The translations under genes and the position numbers were made by a program. A stretch of 64,000 nucleotides of DNA. It comes from Candidatus Gottesmanbacteria bacterium (GTDB lineage: Bacteria; Patescibacteriota; Microgenomatia; 2-02-FULL-39-11). Each line of letters opens with the position of its first letter. The first letter of the stretch is position 1. Location: the NCBI GenBank assembly GCA_016186795.1, contig JACPKY010000002.1, forward strand, positions 604,771 to 668,770. Direction: 5' to 3'. Positions 9,604 through 19,951 of this stretch are shown piece after piece. The notes beneath the pieces are model-generated. The model was not told the origin of the DNA, made no database searches, and worked only from the letters and a program-made list of their open reading frames with translations.

Positions 9604-10665
9604 ATGTATATGGCAAATCTTACCGAAGTATCCGTTTACACTCGAAAGTTCTTCGTTTGGTTTATTATCGCCATTATTGCCTATATTCTTTTAAAAGGTA
9701 TGGTTGACCTCGGTGTCACGTACTGGAAGATCACCCATCCACCGCCAATTCCACCACCTGATGCGAAATTTGGAAGACTTCCCTCTCCAAACTTTTCTCA
9801 TGTTGCTTCATCTTCATCAGGGTTGACCTTTAGTCTTGTAAACATTGAAGGCCGGCCTCCAGAAACAACAACAGCAGCAAAAGTGTATTTTATGCCAAAA
9901 AAAGTTCCCACTCTTCTCTCCACTCAAAGGGCGAGAGAACTTGCCGCAAGGATGGGATTTACGAATCCGCCGAAGGAAAATACTCCTACTGAGTATTTTT
10001 ATGTTGATCCTCTCGATACGTTACGGACCTTTGCTCTTAACACAACAACACTCAATTTCCGGTATAAATACGCATACGAAAAAAAAGGTGACCTTTTTGA
10101 GAGCAACACAATAATCTCGAAGGATCAAGCCGTGGGTGAAGTCAGAACTTTTATTCAAAGCTATGGATTGTTCGATGGATCGATACTGGATGGCAATATA
10201 CAATCACAATACCTCACCTATGATTCAGGGGCAGATGTATTTCGACCTTCTGATAGTATCGCCAAGTCAAATAGCGTACGTATCGATTTTTGGCGAAAGC
10301 CAATAGGAGAATTTCCATTGGTCACACCGTTATTTTTCCAAAGTTATAACTATGCTCTCTATACGCGTGATCCTAGGGTAAAAATCGTTGATCTTTCTTA
10401 TGCGTTTTGGCCGATTGCATTTGACAACGTTGGAACGTATCCGCTCAAAACTTCGGACATGGCATGGCAGGATCTTATTGATGGATATGCGCCTATCGTG
10501 AATATGGGAGAAAACAAAGGGAATACTGTTATCATTCGCCAAATATATCTTGCCTACTATGATAGTCCCGAACCACAAATGTATTTACAACCAATTTTTG
10601 TTTTTAGAGGGGATAATAATTTTGTTGCATATCTTCCAGCGATCCTTCCTGATTGGCTGGAATAA
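9604..10665 (+). CDS. membrane-anchored extracytoplasmic protein (hypothetical)
   Basis: N-terminal TM helix. The start was moved to MYMANL to clear the overlap with gltX. The 3' end overlaps dacA convergently. Confidence 0.4.
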   Translation: MYMANLTEVSVYTRKFFVWFIIAIIAYILLKGMVDLGVTYWKITHPPPIPPPDAKFGRLPSPNFSHVASSSSGLTFSLVNIEGRPPETTTAAKVYFMPKKVPTLLSTQRARELAARMGFTNPPKENTPTEYFYVDPLDTLRTFALNTTTLNFRYKYAYEKKGDLFESNTIISKDQAVGEVRTFIQSYGLFDGSILDGNIQSQYLTYDSGADVFRPSDSIAKSNSVRIDFWRKPIGEFPLVTPLFFQSYNYALYTRDPRVKIVDLSYAFWPIAFDNVGTYPLKTSDMAWQDLIDGYAPIVNMGENKGNTVIIRQIYLAYYDSPEPQMYLQPIFVFRGDNNFVAYLPAILPDWLE

Positions 10666-11620
10666 TCTCATCAATTGTCTTCCATGTAAACGAGTCAAAA
10701 ATCCATTGGATTAACTTTTCGGTCTCCCCAAATCTGTCTTGACTTCGGAGAAGAACGATAAGAACATTCCGCCCATTCTTTCGCACCTCAGAAACTAATA
10801 TTTCTCCGCCATTTTGAGTAAATCCTGTTTTAACCCCGGAAACCCCTGGGATTTTCCCTAATAATTCATTGACGTTGGTAAGCGTATGAAATCGAGAGTA
10901 GGAAGTATCTGCTACCGTAATACTTCGAATTCCCACAGTCTTTGCAAATGTCGTATTTGCCAAAGCAACTTCAGCTTGTATGGTAAGATCTTTTGCTGTT
11001 GTATAGTTCTCAGGATGATCAAACCCGATGGGATTCGTAAAATGCGTATCGGAAAGACCAAGATCTTTACTCTTTTTATTCATCGCCTCCACAAATGCTT
11101 CAACTCCTTGCGGATAGTTCTGAGCAATTGCATATGCAGCATCATTCGCTGAGTGAATTAAAGCACCATCAAGAAGATACTCAAAAATCATTTTCTCTCC
11201 CTCAGTAAGTCCCATCGTCCTCCCCTCTTTCTCAACGAATTTGACTGTCAAAACATCGTCAGGTTTAAACTCCTCAAGCGCAACAAGCGCCGTCATAATT
11301 TTTGTTGTAGAAGCAGATGGAAATCTAACAGTTTCATTTTTTGTATAGAGAATTGCTCCTGAGTCTATATCTTTGATATAGACTCCCTCTGATGTTAAAA
11401 GGGGTGGAGGTATGTGGTTCGTATTTACTGGATAAGGAGGAGGTGAAGGAACAATATCCGTACTCAACGGCTGAAAGATACCTTCTGTTTTATTTACAGC
11501 GCGGAAATACCTGTTGGGGTATGGGAAAAGAGATAAAACAATGGTAAAAAGTAAAAACCAGACAATCTTCTCACCAATTTTTCGAAAAGAATGTCCTTGT
11601 ATGGCAGGATGCTTTGTCAT
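10604..11620 (-). CDS. dacA: D-alanyl-D-alanine carboxypeptidase (low-MW PBP, peptidase S11)
   Basis: SxxK (SASTTK), SxN (SANDAA) and KTG (KTGFT) active-site motifs. Confidence 0.75.
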   Translation of the reverse strand: MTKHPAIQGHSFRKIGEKIVWFLLFTIVLSLFPYPNRYFRAVNKTEGIFQPLSTDIVPSPPPYPVNTNHIPPPLLTSEGVYIKDIDSGAILYTKNETVRFPSASTTKIMTALVALEEFKPDDVLTVKFVEKEGRTMGLTEGEKMIFEYLLDGALIHSANDAAYAIAQNYPQGVEAFVEAMNKKSKDLGLSDTHFTNPIGFDHPENYTTAKDLTIQAEVALANTTFAKTVGIRSITVADTSYSRFHTLTNVNELLGKIPGVSGVKTGFTQNGGEILVSEVRKNGRNVLIVLLRSQDRFGETEKLIQWIFDSFTWKTIDEIIPANQEGSLEDMQQNYYPL

Positions 11621-11621
11621 T

Positions 11622-12995
11622 TCAGACCAATTTTATTCCCAATTCCTTTAATTGCTCTTGTGATACCAAACTTGGTGCATCCATGACAGAAGCTTGTCCT
11701 TGGGATGTCGTGGGAAATGCTACAACTTCGCGGAGATTTATCTCATTGGTCAAAATCATAACAAGGCGATCAACTCCAAACGCACACCCTCCGTGAGGTG
11801 GAGTCCCAAATGAAAATGCTTCAAGCATGTGACCAAACTCATTATGGATCTGGGTCCTACTATAACCAAGAATCTCAAATACCGCCTCAAGAAGTTCTTT
11901 TTTATGTGAGCGAATACTCCCTCCCCCGACTTCAAAACCGTTGCACACCAGATCATACTGAGAGGTTAGAATCTTTCCGATATTTCTCTTCATCAAAACA
12001 TCTTCAATGTATTCATCATTCGGTTTGGAGAAAGGATTATGTGTAAATGTCCACTTCCCTTCCTTATCTTTTTCAAAGAACGGAAAATCAACGACCCACG
12101 AAAACGCGAGAACGTTTTTATCTTCTTTTTCTTTTTGGGTCCGCAGATCAAATTTATCGGCTCCAAATTTCTCTATCGCCTGATTATAGGTATACACTGG
12201 GAAAGGTTTTTGCTGGATCGTCTTGCCCATCGCTTCACATACGGTTATCATCATCTCCTCAAGAATGTTCATGACATCTTCACGATCAACAAAACTCATT
12301 TCAACATCAATCTGCGTATGCTCAAATCCACGATCTGCACGAAGATCTTCATCCCGAAGGCACCTGGCAATCTGGAAATACCGTTCAAATCCTGCAGTCA
12401 TCAGAAGCTGTTTATACTGCTGAGGAGATTGAGGAAGAGCATAGAATTTTCCTTTTTGGAGTCGGGATGGAACAAGAAAATCCCGAGACCCCTCGGGTGT
12501 TGATTTTGTCAAAAGGGGTGTCTCAACCTCAACAAAATCATTTTTGGTAAAAAACTCGCGAACATTTCTGACAAACGCAGACCTGACTTGAAGATTTCTC
12601 GCAAGTCTTTTTCTTCGAAGATCTAAGTAACGGAAACGCAACCGAACTTCCTCGTTAATATCATACCCATCGGTATCAATTTGAAACGGAAGTTCTTTCG
12701 CCTTTGAGAGACAAAGTACTGAATACACTTCAACTTCGACTTCTCCTGTTGAAATTTTTGGATTTACCATTGCCGGAGGTCGCTGTCTCACAACTCCTTT
12801 TACTTCAACGACATCTTCATCTCGGGAAGAAACTACACCTTTTGCGTCAACAAGCTGAACGATTCCACTTCTATCCCGAAGGTCAAAAAAAGTAATTTTT
12901 CCATGACTTCGCCTTGTGGCAATCCACCCATATAAGGTAATCTCTTGCCCGACTTTTTTGGAAGTTTCGATAATAAGGGTTCTGTTTTTCTCCAT
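11622..12995 (-). CDS. aspS: aspartyl-tRNA synthetase, short archaeal/eukaryal type (no GAD insertion)
   Basis: Class IIb motifs QSPQQYKQ and FQIARCLRDEDLRADRGFEHTQID. The 457-aa length lacks the bacterial insertion domain. Confidence 0.8.
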   Translation of the reverse strand: MEKNRTLIIETSKKVGQEITLYGWIATRRSHGKITFFDLRDRSGIVQLVDAKGVVSSRDEDVVEVKGVVRQRPPAMVNPKISTGEVEVEVYSVLCLSKAKELPFQIDTDGYDINEEVRLRFRYLDLRRKRLARNLQVRSAFVRNVREFFTKNDFVEVETPLLTKSTPEGSRDFLVPSRLQKGKFYALPQSPQQYKQLLMTAGFERYFQIARCLRDEDLRADRGFEHTQIDVEMSFVDREDVMNILEEMMITVCEAMGKTIQQKPFPVYTYNQAIEKFGADKFDLRTQKEKEDKNVLAFSWVVDFPFFEKDKEGKWTFTHNPFSKPNDEYIEDVLMKRNIGKILTSQYDLVCNGFEVGGGSIRSHKKELLEAVFEILGYSRTQIHNEFGHMLEAFSFGTPPHGGCAFGVDRLVMILTNEINLREVVAFPTTSQGQASVMDAPSLVSQEQLKELGIKLV

Positions 12996-12996
12996 A

Positions 12997-14193
12997 CTAC
13001 TTGTTATATTTCCTTAATGCTAGACTTAGCAGTTCAACAGCACGTTCTAATTTTTTCTCCTCCAAAACATAAGCGATGCGTACCTCATCCTTCCCAAGTC
13101 CAGGCGTTTTATAAAATCCAGTTGCTGGCGCAACCATCACCGTTTCTCCATTATCAGAAAACTCGGTTAGTAAGTATGTTGCGAACCGATCACTATCGTC
13201 AATTGGAAGTTTTGGAATTATATAGAATGCTCCCTGTGGTGCAACACACGTCACTCCAGAAATTTTCCGAAGATTCTCAACAACAACATCTCGCCTTCTT
13301 TGATAGATTTCTTTTATCTCCCTAATATAAGAAGAATGATTATATAACATAGGTATAATTGCAACTTGCTCAACCGTTGCAACACTTAACCGCGCTTGAG
13401 CAAATCGAAGTATTGCACTCATCACATCTTTGTTCTTACTTGTAACACAACCAATGCGAAGCCCACAGGAGTTGAACCGCTTCGAGACACTATCAACAAT
13501 TACGAGTTGATTTCTTAACTTCTCAAACGAATAAAAGGGAAGAACCTTTTTCCCGTCAAATACAATTTCCTGATATGTCTCATCCGAAATAATAAACAGA
13601 TTATGCTTTAATGCAATATCTGCAAGCATTGTTACTTCTTTGTCTGTATAGAGAGTTCCTGTGGGGTTATTTGGATTGCAAACTACAATTCCTCTCGTTT
13701 TGGGGGTTACTTTTTTCTCGATTTCCTCCCGACTCGGCAGATGAAATCCATCTTCCACAAACGTCCGCACCGGCACTAATTTAATATTTCCCATCGCAGC
13801 AATAATTGCATAGCTTGTATAAAATGGTTCAAAAACTACAAGTTCCTCACTTGGATCTGCGACAGTTAGAAATGCAAAAATTAATCCTTCCGAACCTCCG
13901 CTGGTAACCAGAATATCACGCAGATCAAGTGAAACATCCTTATCTTGATAAAACTTCTGCCAGGCAGTCACAGTTTCTGAGAGGCCCGTTGACGGGGCGT
14001 ATCCAATAGTCTTTTCACTAAATGTATGGATTTTTTTCAAAATTGCCTCTGGTGTGGGAAGATCAGGATTTCCAATGTTTACATGGTAGACTGCGAGTCC
14101 TTTCTTTTTCGCTTCATCTGCAAGAGGTACTAGTTTACGTATTGCCGATGCAGGAGTATGTTTTGCTCTTTGTGAAATAGACGTGTCTCCCAT
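12997..14193 (-). CDS. class I/II PLP-dependent aminotransferase (aspartate aminotransferase-like)
   Basis: PLP-lysine context SVSKRFNSCGLRIG and aminotransferase fold-type I architecture. Confidence 0.7.
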   Translation of the reverse strand: MGDTSISQRAKHTPASAIRKLVPLADEAKKKGLAVYHVNIGNPDLPTPEAILKKIHTFSEKTIGYAPSTGLSETVTAWQKFYQDKDVSLDLRDILVTSGGSEGLIFAFLTVADPSEELVVFEPFYTSYAIIAAMGNIKLVPVRTFVEDGFHLPSREEIEKKVTPKTRGIVVCNPNNPTGTLYTDKEVTMLADIALKHNLFIISDETYQEIVFDGKKVLPFYSFEKLRNQLVIVDSVSKRFNSCGLRIGCVTSKNKDVMSAILRFAQARLSVATVEQVAIIPMLYNHSSYIREIKEIYQRRRDVVVENLRKISGVTCVAPQGAFYIIPKLPIDDSDRFATYLLTEFSDNGETVMVAPATGFYKTPGLGKDEVRIAYVLEEKKLERAVELLSLALRKYNK

Positions 14194-14228
14194 ATATATC
14201 CTCCTTCAGATTGAAAAATATTGATATA

Positions 14229-15731
14229 TTAGCCTAAACTTTTTCTAAGCATCCCTCCATATGAGAGAAGATTACTCATTTTTTTCTTTTCCTCTAAAGC
14301 TTTGAAAATCCGTCCAGAGAGAGCATAGTGTTCGAAATGAGTCCCTTTCCTTGGTCCCAATTCTTCTCCAATCTCTTTTTCCACTTCTTCAATATCTTCT
14401 AAGACCTCCTCCCATCCACCAAAGACGTTGGCAAGAGATGTCACATTCTCTTTATTGAGAAAGTATCCAGCTTTTATCATATCACTACGAAAATTCACAT
14501 AAAGAGGTAATATCTCAGTCCAAATCCCTTGGCGTTTTGCCTCGCGTATTCCTCTTCCTGTACCAATAAGCTCGGGTGGAATACCAATCGAATATAACGC
14601 TGCGGTGAATGGAATGGCTCGAGGAAGTATTATGCCACCAAACCCACGAGAATACCCAAAAAGACCAATATGTTGCATTCTTTCTCTTCGTCTTGCCAAC
14701 TGAGTACTTAAGGAGTTGATTATGGGCGCAAGTTTTTCAATCGACTGTTGATAATATTTTTCAAAAAATGGAATACTTTTTATTACAGCCTTCTTTTGAC
14801 TATCATGAATTGATATGGGGGTTTTACCAGGTAAGTACTTTTTGAGAAATTCAACAGCATCTCGAACTTGAGTTTTTTCGTAGTCATACCGAAAAGCGCT
14901 TTGCAGGGTAAGCGTTGCTACACCGCGATATTCTTCCACTCCCGTCTCAATTGAACTAGGTGAAATACCCCCTCTGAATGGTAAAGAACCAGTTCCTACC
15001 ATAGGGTAGAGCTTTACGCCTGTTTGACGTTCCAATTTCCGATATTCCCAAAGGGCAATTTTCAATGAAACGATTGTCGGAACCAGGCCGGAATTTAATG
15101 CGGGGTCGCTTCTTGCACAATACGGTCGAATATAGGCAGGAATCTTTCGAAAAACGTTACGATGAAGTACTATGTATCTTTTAAGTATTTCAGGAGATTC
15201 AACTATTTTGGCAACCTGCTCAAAAAGTGGAATGATCTCAATGGACTTCATAGATTCCCGCATTTTCAAAAGCTTGTGTTCAAGACTCACCAAATGCTGA
15301 AATGCCTCTTGAATGTCGATAATTTCCTGAGCACTTTCCGTCAAAGGAAGGATGGTTTCAAAAATAGGAGGATCGTCAAATCCAAGACTCTGCGACAGCT
15401 GACTACTTGTTATCATCACCATAAATGCCCGTGCCAAACGAAATTGTTTCTCCACACGCGGATTGGGAATTCGAAACGTAAGAAACTTGTCCCGACCAAG
15501 AGGATGTTTTTGAAAATATTCAAGATGCTGATGCAAAAGTCTATCAACAACAGCTTCGTCAACATACTTTCCCTCCCAATCCCAGTTATACTCATCAATT
15601 CCAAGATCGGAGAAACACAAGAAACACTCTTTTAGTTCGGCGGCTGTTGAGACAAATGCCCGACTATGCCAGTATGGCTTTCCTGCATTATCGGGATGCT
15701 GTGTCGCCATCCCTGTTGGAATTTTTCTCAT
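14229..15731 (-). CDS. archaeal-type phosphoenolpyruvate carboxylase (PepcA)
   Basis: The N-terminus (MRKIPTGMATQHPDNA) matches the archaeal-type PEPC signature IPRxMSTQHPDN. At about 500 aa it is far shorter than bacterial Ppc. Confidence 0.6.
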   Translation of the reverse strand: MRKIPTGMATQHPDNAGKPYWHSRAFVSTAAELKECFLCFSDLGIDEYNWDWEGKYVDEAVVDRLLHQHLEYFQKHPLGRDKFLTFRIPNPRVEKQFRLARAFMVMITSSQLSQSLGFDDPPIFETILPLTESAQEIIDIQEAFQHLVSLEHKLLKMRESMKSIEIIPLFEQVAKIVESPEILKRYIVLHRNVFRKIPAYIRPYCARSDPALNSGLVPTIVSLKIALWEYRKLERQTGVKLYPMVGTGSLPFRGGISPSSIETGVEEYRGVATLTLQSAFRYDYEKTQVRDAVEFLKKYLPGKTPISIHDSQKKAVIKSIPFFEKYYQQSIEKLAPIINSLSTQLARRRERMQHIGLFGYSRGFGGIILPRAIPFTAALYSIGIPPELIGTGRGIREAKRQGIWTEILPLYVNFRSDMIKAGYFLNKENVTSLANVFGGWEEVLEDIEEVEKEIGEELGPRKGTHFEHYALSGRIFKALEEKKKMSNLLSYGGMLRKSLG

Positions 15732-15741
15732 AAACACCAAA

Positions 15742-15775
15742 AACCTCACCTCTTTCAAAGGGTGAGATTTCTCAC
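15742..15775 (-). terminator. rho-independent terminator downstream of recJ
   Basis: Minus-strand hairpin CTCACC-ctttgaaaga-GGTGAG followed by GTTTTTGGTGTTT. Confidence 0.4.
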
Positions 15776-15897
15776 GGTACCACCTTTTTTTATCCTCTTT
15801 CTGCTATTACGGGCTTACCCGTCGAGTTCTAAACCTCCCGTTAAAATTGGTTTCCTCTCGCAACGTCCCCGATTGAGTCGGAAGAATAGGTTTGTCA

Positions 15898-17634
15898 TTA
15901 CCTAATCGTCTTTTTAATTACTTTGGACATAATAACATCACGAAGACGAAGTTGCAAGTTAGAAGATCCGTTCCACGTATTCTTCATTACGGTAAAGGCG
16001 ATATCGACATGGCTTCCGACAGTTATATCTCCGACATTTGCACCCATTCCAAAACCAATTGCTTCTATCTGCGATACAAAAGCCAAATCCGCGTATGGGT
16101 CACGAAGAAGAAGTTTTACATGGTTTCCATTTTTACCAACTAGTCGAAGTCTCTCGACAATAAGATTTTTTACAGCGAATATTGGCTCTGGACTCCCATT
16201 TCCAAATGGACGAAACTTGGAAATTAGATCGTAAAGATCGTAAGAAACTTGGGAAAGTGAAATAAGGGCATCAATCTCAATCTCTTTTTCTCTCATATCA
16301 GGTTTTTTCTTTTCGAGAAGTTTATGAAGTTTCTTTTCTAACTCGTCAAGGTTTTTCGTTTCTACGGTAAATCCAGCAGCCATAGGGTGTCCACCGACAT
16401 CCACGAGTAATTCCTCTGCCTCCCGAATTGTTTCTACAATATTGACCCCTCGTATAGATCGAGCTGAAGCTTTCGAGTATTCCAAACCTTTAGAAACCAC
16501 AATTGTTGGCAGGTGAAATTCTTCGGCTAATTTCCCTGCAATAAGACCAATAATTCCTTGATTGTACCGTTCATCTGCGAGAAATATCATCTTTCTCCCA
16601 TTCTTTTTCTGATACGATGAATATGCCTTCACGACAGAACGCGCATGCAAAACGGATTCTTCTGTCATTACCTGTCGATCACGATTCATGGAAGAAAGTT
16701 TAGAAGCCAAAAGTCGTGCCCGTTCCTTATTGGGGGTACAAAGCAGACGAAGTGCATCAAGCGCATGGGAAAGTCTCCCCAGAGCATTGATTCTTGGTGC
16801 TAAAACGTGTCCTATCTCATACTCCCCTATCTCACCGAAACGAAGACTGCTCTCAGCGATAAGCGCTCTTAGACCTATACGTTTCGTCTTGTTTAATAGT
16901 TCAAGACCAAATTTTGCAAGTATCCTATTTTCTCCTCGCAACGGTACCAAATCCGCAATTGTTGCAAGAGAGACAAGATCAAGGTACTGTAAGATTTCCG
17001 CATCAAAGATTCCGCTTTTTTTCTGAGTCTTTCTTTTGACTTTTAAGAAATCGTACAAATACTGGCCAAAAAGAAACGCAACTCCGGTCGCACACAGTTT
17101 AGTTGAATGGATAAGCGCAAAACAGGGAAGTTTCTTTTCTGGTTTTAGATGATGGTCGACGACAATCACATCAATTCCTAAATTTCTCGCATAACGAATC
17201 TTCTCATGAGCCGTTACTCCATGATCAACGGTAATAATAAGAGAGGCATTCATTTCTTTCTTTACATGATCAATTCCTTTTTTGGATAATCCGTACCCTT
17301 CATCAACTCTATGAGGGACATGAGGAAGAACATGTGCTCCAAAACGGTAGAGTATTTCCCAAAGAATCGTCCCGCTTGCTATTCCGTCAACATCGTAATC
17401 GGTGTAAACAATGATTGATTCCTTCTTTTTGATTGCCTGAAGAATTCGTTCTGCTGCCCTTAGTAACTGCCTTCCATCAAGACCAATTGGAGCATACTTG
17501 ATATCAGACAAAGAGGGGTGCAAGAATTTATCTTGTTCACTTTTGGAAATTCCACGGTTTGTAAGAAGTATCTTTTGAATATTAACGATACTTTCTCCCG
17601 CTTTAGACTTTGCTTGAATATTCCACTTCATCAT
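15898..17634 (-). CDS. recJ: single-stranded-DNA-specific exonuclease RecJ
   Basis: DHH/DHHA1 motifs (DYDVDG, DHH, GGHPMAAG). Confidence 0.85.
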   Translation of the reverse strand: MMKWNIQAKSKAGESIVNIQKILLTNRGISKSEQDKFLHPSLSDIKYAPIGLDGRQLLRAAERILQAIKKKESIIVYTDYDVDGIASGTILWEILYRFGAHVLPHVPHRVDEGYGLSKKGIDHVKKEMNASLIITVDHGVTAHEKIRYARNLGIDVIVVDHHLKPEKKLPCFALIHSTKLCATGVAFLFGQYLYDFLKVKRKTQKKSGIFDAEILQYLDLVSLATIADLVPLRGENRILAKFGLELLNKTKRIGLRALIAESSLRFGEIGEYEIGHVLAPRINALGRLSHALDALRLLCTPNKERARLLASKLSSMNRDRQVMTEESVLHARSVVKAYSSYQKKNGRKMIFLADERYNQGIIGLIAGKLAEEFHLPTIVVSKGLEYSKASARSIRGVNIVETIREAEELLVDVGGHPMAAGFTVETKNLDELEKKLHKLLEKKKPDMREKEIEIDALISLSQVSYDLYDLISKFRPFGNGSPEPIFAVKNLIVERLRLVGKNGNHVKLLLRDPYADLAFVSQIEAIGFGMGANVGDITVGSHVDIAFTVMKNTWNGSSNLQLRLRDVIMSKVIKKTIR

Positions 17635-17672
17635 TAAAATATTATCTGTATGGACTATAATAAGAGAGGATC

Positions 17673-19052
17673 ATGACAACAATCATTTTACCAGAAGAGG
17701 TACAAAACATTCTTCACACTCTCAAGCGAGCCGGTTTTGAGGGCTTTGTTGTGGGAGGGGGAATACGAAATGCAATTTTGCATAAACCAACCGTCAACTG
17801 GGACTTCACAACGAATGCAAAACCGCAAGAAATCCTCACTCTTTTTAAGAACAGCTTTTACAATAATACCTTTGGAACGGTTGGGGTTGCCGTACAGTTA
17901 AAAAATCCTTTCAAAAAGAGTGGAAAGCTCTCAGTGATTTTTGAAATAACTACCTACCGAAGTGAGTTTGGTTATTCCGATCACCGTCACCCAGACAAAA
18001 TAGTCTGGGGTGAAACACTTGATGAGGACTTGAAACGTCGAGATTTTACGATGAATGCACTTGCATTTGACGGAGTTCGCATCGTTGATCTTTTCGGAGG
18101 AATCAAAGATATCAAAAAAAAGATAGTCCGGGCCGTAGGTGACGGCCAAGCACGGTTTGCCGAAGATGCTCTCCGAATGGTTCGGGCAGTCCGATTTGCC
18201 ACAGAGTATTCATTCACTATCGATCCCGATACAAGTAGCGCAATTTCCAAAAACGCAGCACTTATTGCATCAATTTCAGGAGAACGGATTCGGGAGGAGC
18301 TTATAAAAATTCTTTCATCCGACTTTCCATCCGATGGCATACGACTTCTGAAAAATACCGGACTTCTGTCTTTTATCTTACCGGAGCTGGAAAAATGTTT
18401 TGGCATCGAGCAAAAAAGTCCGAAGCGACACCACGTCCACGATGTCGGGACACATCTTCTTTTATCCCTTTCCCATTGTCCATCAAAAGATCCAATTGTC
18501 AGACTTGCGACACTTCTCCATGACGTCGGAAAACCAGCGACATTTCAAAAAACAGATGAGGGTATTATTACGTTTTACAATCATGAAATCATCGGTGCCT
18601 CAATCGTGCGTCATATAGCTGATCGATTGCACCTTTCAAAAAACGAAAGAGAGAAACTGGTAACACTTGTCCGCTTCCACCAATTTACTGTTGATGAAAA
18701 ACAAACAGATTCCGCAATCAGACGATTTATAAGAAACATTGGAAAAGAAAATATCGATGATATGTTGGCTCTTCGAACAGGAGATCGGCTTGGGGGTGGA
18801 GCGCGTCAAACTTCCTGGAGATTAGAACTTTATAAAAAACGCCTCGAAGATGTTCAAAAACAACCATTCACTGTTTCTGATCTTAAAGTTGACGGACACG
18901 ATGTGATGAAAGTTTTTGATATTTCTCCGGGACCAAAGGTAGGAAAAATTCTGGAAATGCTTTTCACTCAAGTAGTTGAGGGAAAATTGAAAAACGAGAA
19001 AGAATTGCTTTTGGAAAAAATATCGGAGTTTTCGGAGAAAAAAATAGTCTAG
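17673..19052 (+). CDS. cca: CCA-adding tRNA nucleotidyltransferase with HD domain
   Basis: Pol-beta head domain (GGGIRNAIL...DFTMNA) and an HD motif (HHVHDVGTH). Confidence 0.8.
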   Translation: MTTIILPEEVQNILHTLKRAGFEGFVVGGGIRNAILHKPTVNWDFTTNAKPQEILTLFKNSFYNNTFGTVGVAVQLKNPFKKSGKLSVIFEITTYRSEFGYSDHRHPDKIVWGETLDEDLKRRDFTMNALAFDGVRIVDLFGGIKDIKKKIVRAVGDGQARFAEDALRMVRAVRFATEYSFTIDPDTSSAISKNAALIASISGERIREELIKILSSDFPSDGIRLLKNTGLLSFILPELEKCFGIEQKSPKRHHVHDVGTHLLLSLSHCPSKDPIVRLATLLHDVGKPATFQKTDEGIITFYNHEIIGASIVRHIADRLHLSKNEREKLVTLVRFHQFTVDEKQTDSAIRRFIRNIGKENIDDMLALRTGDRLGGGARQTSWRLELYKKRLEDVQKQPFTVSDLKVDGHDVMKVFDISPGPKVGKILEMLFTQVVEGKLKNEKELLLEKISEFSEKKIV

Positions 19053-19948
19053 CGTTTTTTCCTCTCTTCCCAAAAAACAAGAAGTGGAGCTGCGTTAAAA
19101 ATTGAGGAATACGTTCCAGAGACTATTCCAATAAGAAGAGCGACCACAAACCACCGTATAGATTCTCCCCCAAAGAGAAGTAAACTAAAAAGCGTAAAAA
19201 TGACGGTCAAGGATGTTGCCAGAGATCTAGCAAGCGTCTGAATGATCGAAACATTGACGATATGTTCAAAAGATTGCGAGGGCATCTTTTGTAAGTTTTC
19301 CCGGATTCGATCAAAAACAACAATCGTGTCATGAACAGAAAATCCCATAATTGTTAAAAGGGCTGTAATAAATAATGTATCAATTTCAACGTGAAAAAAA
19401 TGGCCAAAGATGGAAAAAATACCAACGACAACGAGTATGTCATGGATAAGTGCTGCAACGGCGCATATTCCAAACTTCACGGATGAATACGGTTTCGGAA
19501 CCTGCCGGAATGCCAATGCGATATAGATAATAATAGCAACAGATGCAATGAGAACTGCTTTCATAGCGTTTGCCGTTGTCTCACTCCCGATCGTTGGACC
19601 AACTGTCTCATACCGTAATTGGGTAATATCCCCGTACCCATTTTTCAAAGCGTTCTGCAGTTCCCTATTTTTGATAGTATCAATGGGCTTTAGACGGAGA
19701 AGATAGGTATTTTCACCCGACTTCTGAATCGAGGCAATTTCCACACTCTCTTTCTCAACCACTTGCCGGATCGATTCAGCAGAATGTGTTTTTTGTGGCG
19801 AAATCTGAAATTCAAGAAGCGTTCCCCCGGTAAAATCAATTGCGGGGCGAAGACCCCAAAAAACGAGCGCAACAATACCGGGAATAATAACTAATCCCGA
19901 AATCAGAAAGAATATTTTCTTTTTCCCTATAATGTTTGGTTCACTCAT
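19049..19948 (-). CDS. secF: protein translocase subunit SecF
   Basis: SecD/F family topology; paired with secD immediately upstream. Confidence 0.8.
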   Translation of the reverse strand: MSEPNIIGKKKIFFLISGLVIIPGIVALVFWGLRPAIDFTGGTLLEFQISPQKTHSAESIRQVVEKESVEIASIQKSGENTYLLRLKPIDTIKNRELQNALKNGYGDITQLRYETVGPTIGSETTANAMKAVLIASVAIIIYIALAFRQVPKPYSSVKFGICAVAALIHDILVVVGIFSIFGHFFHVEIDTLFITALLTIMGFSVHDTIVVFDRIRENLQKMPSQSFEHIVNVSIIQTLARSLATSLTVIFTLFSLLLFGGESIRWFVVALLIGIVSGTYSSIFNAAPLLVFWEERKKR

Positions 19949-19951
19949 ATT

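Noticed and set aside
15776-15897. Moderately GC-rich 120-bp stretch between recJ and pepc as a possible sRNA or riboswitch
   Set aside because: No recognisable conserved motif or convincing extended secondary structure was found. It is probably just the pepc promoter/leader.
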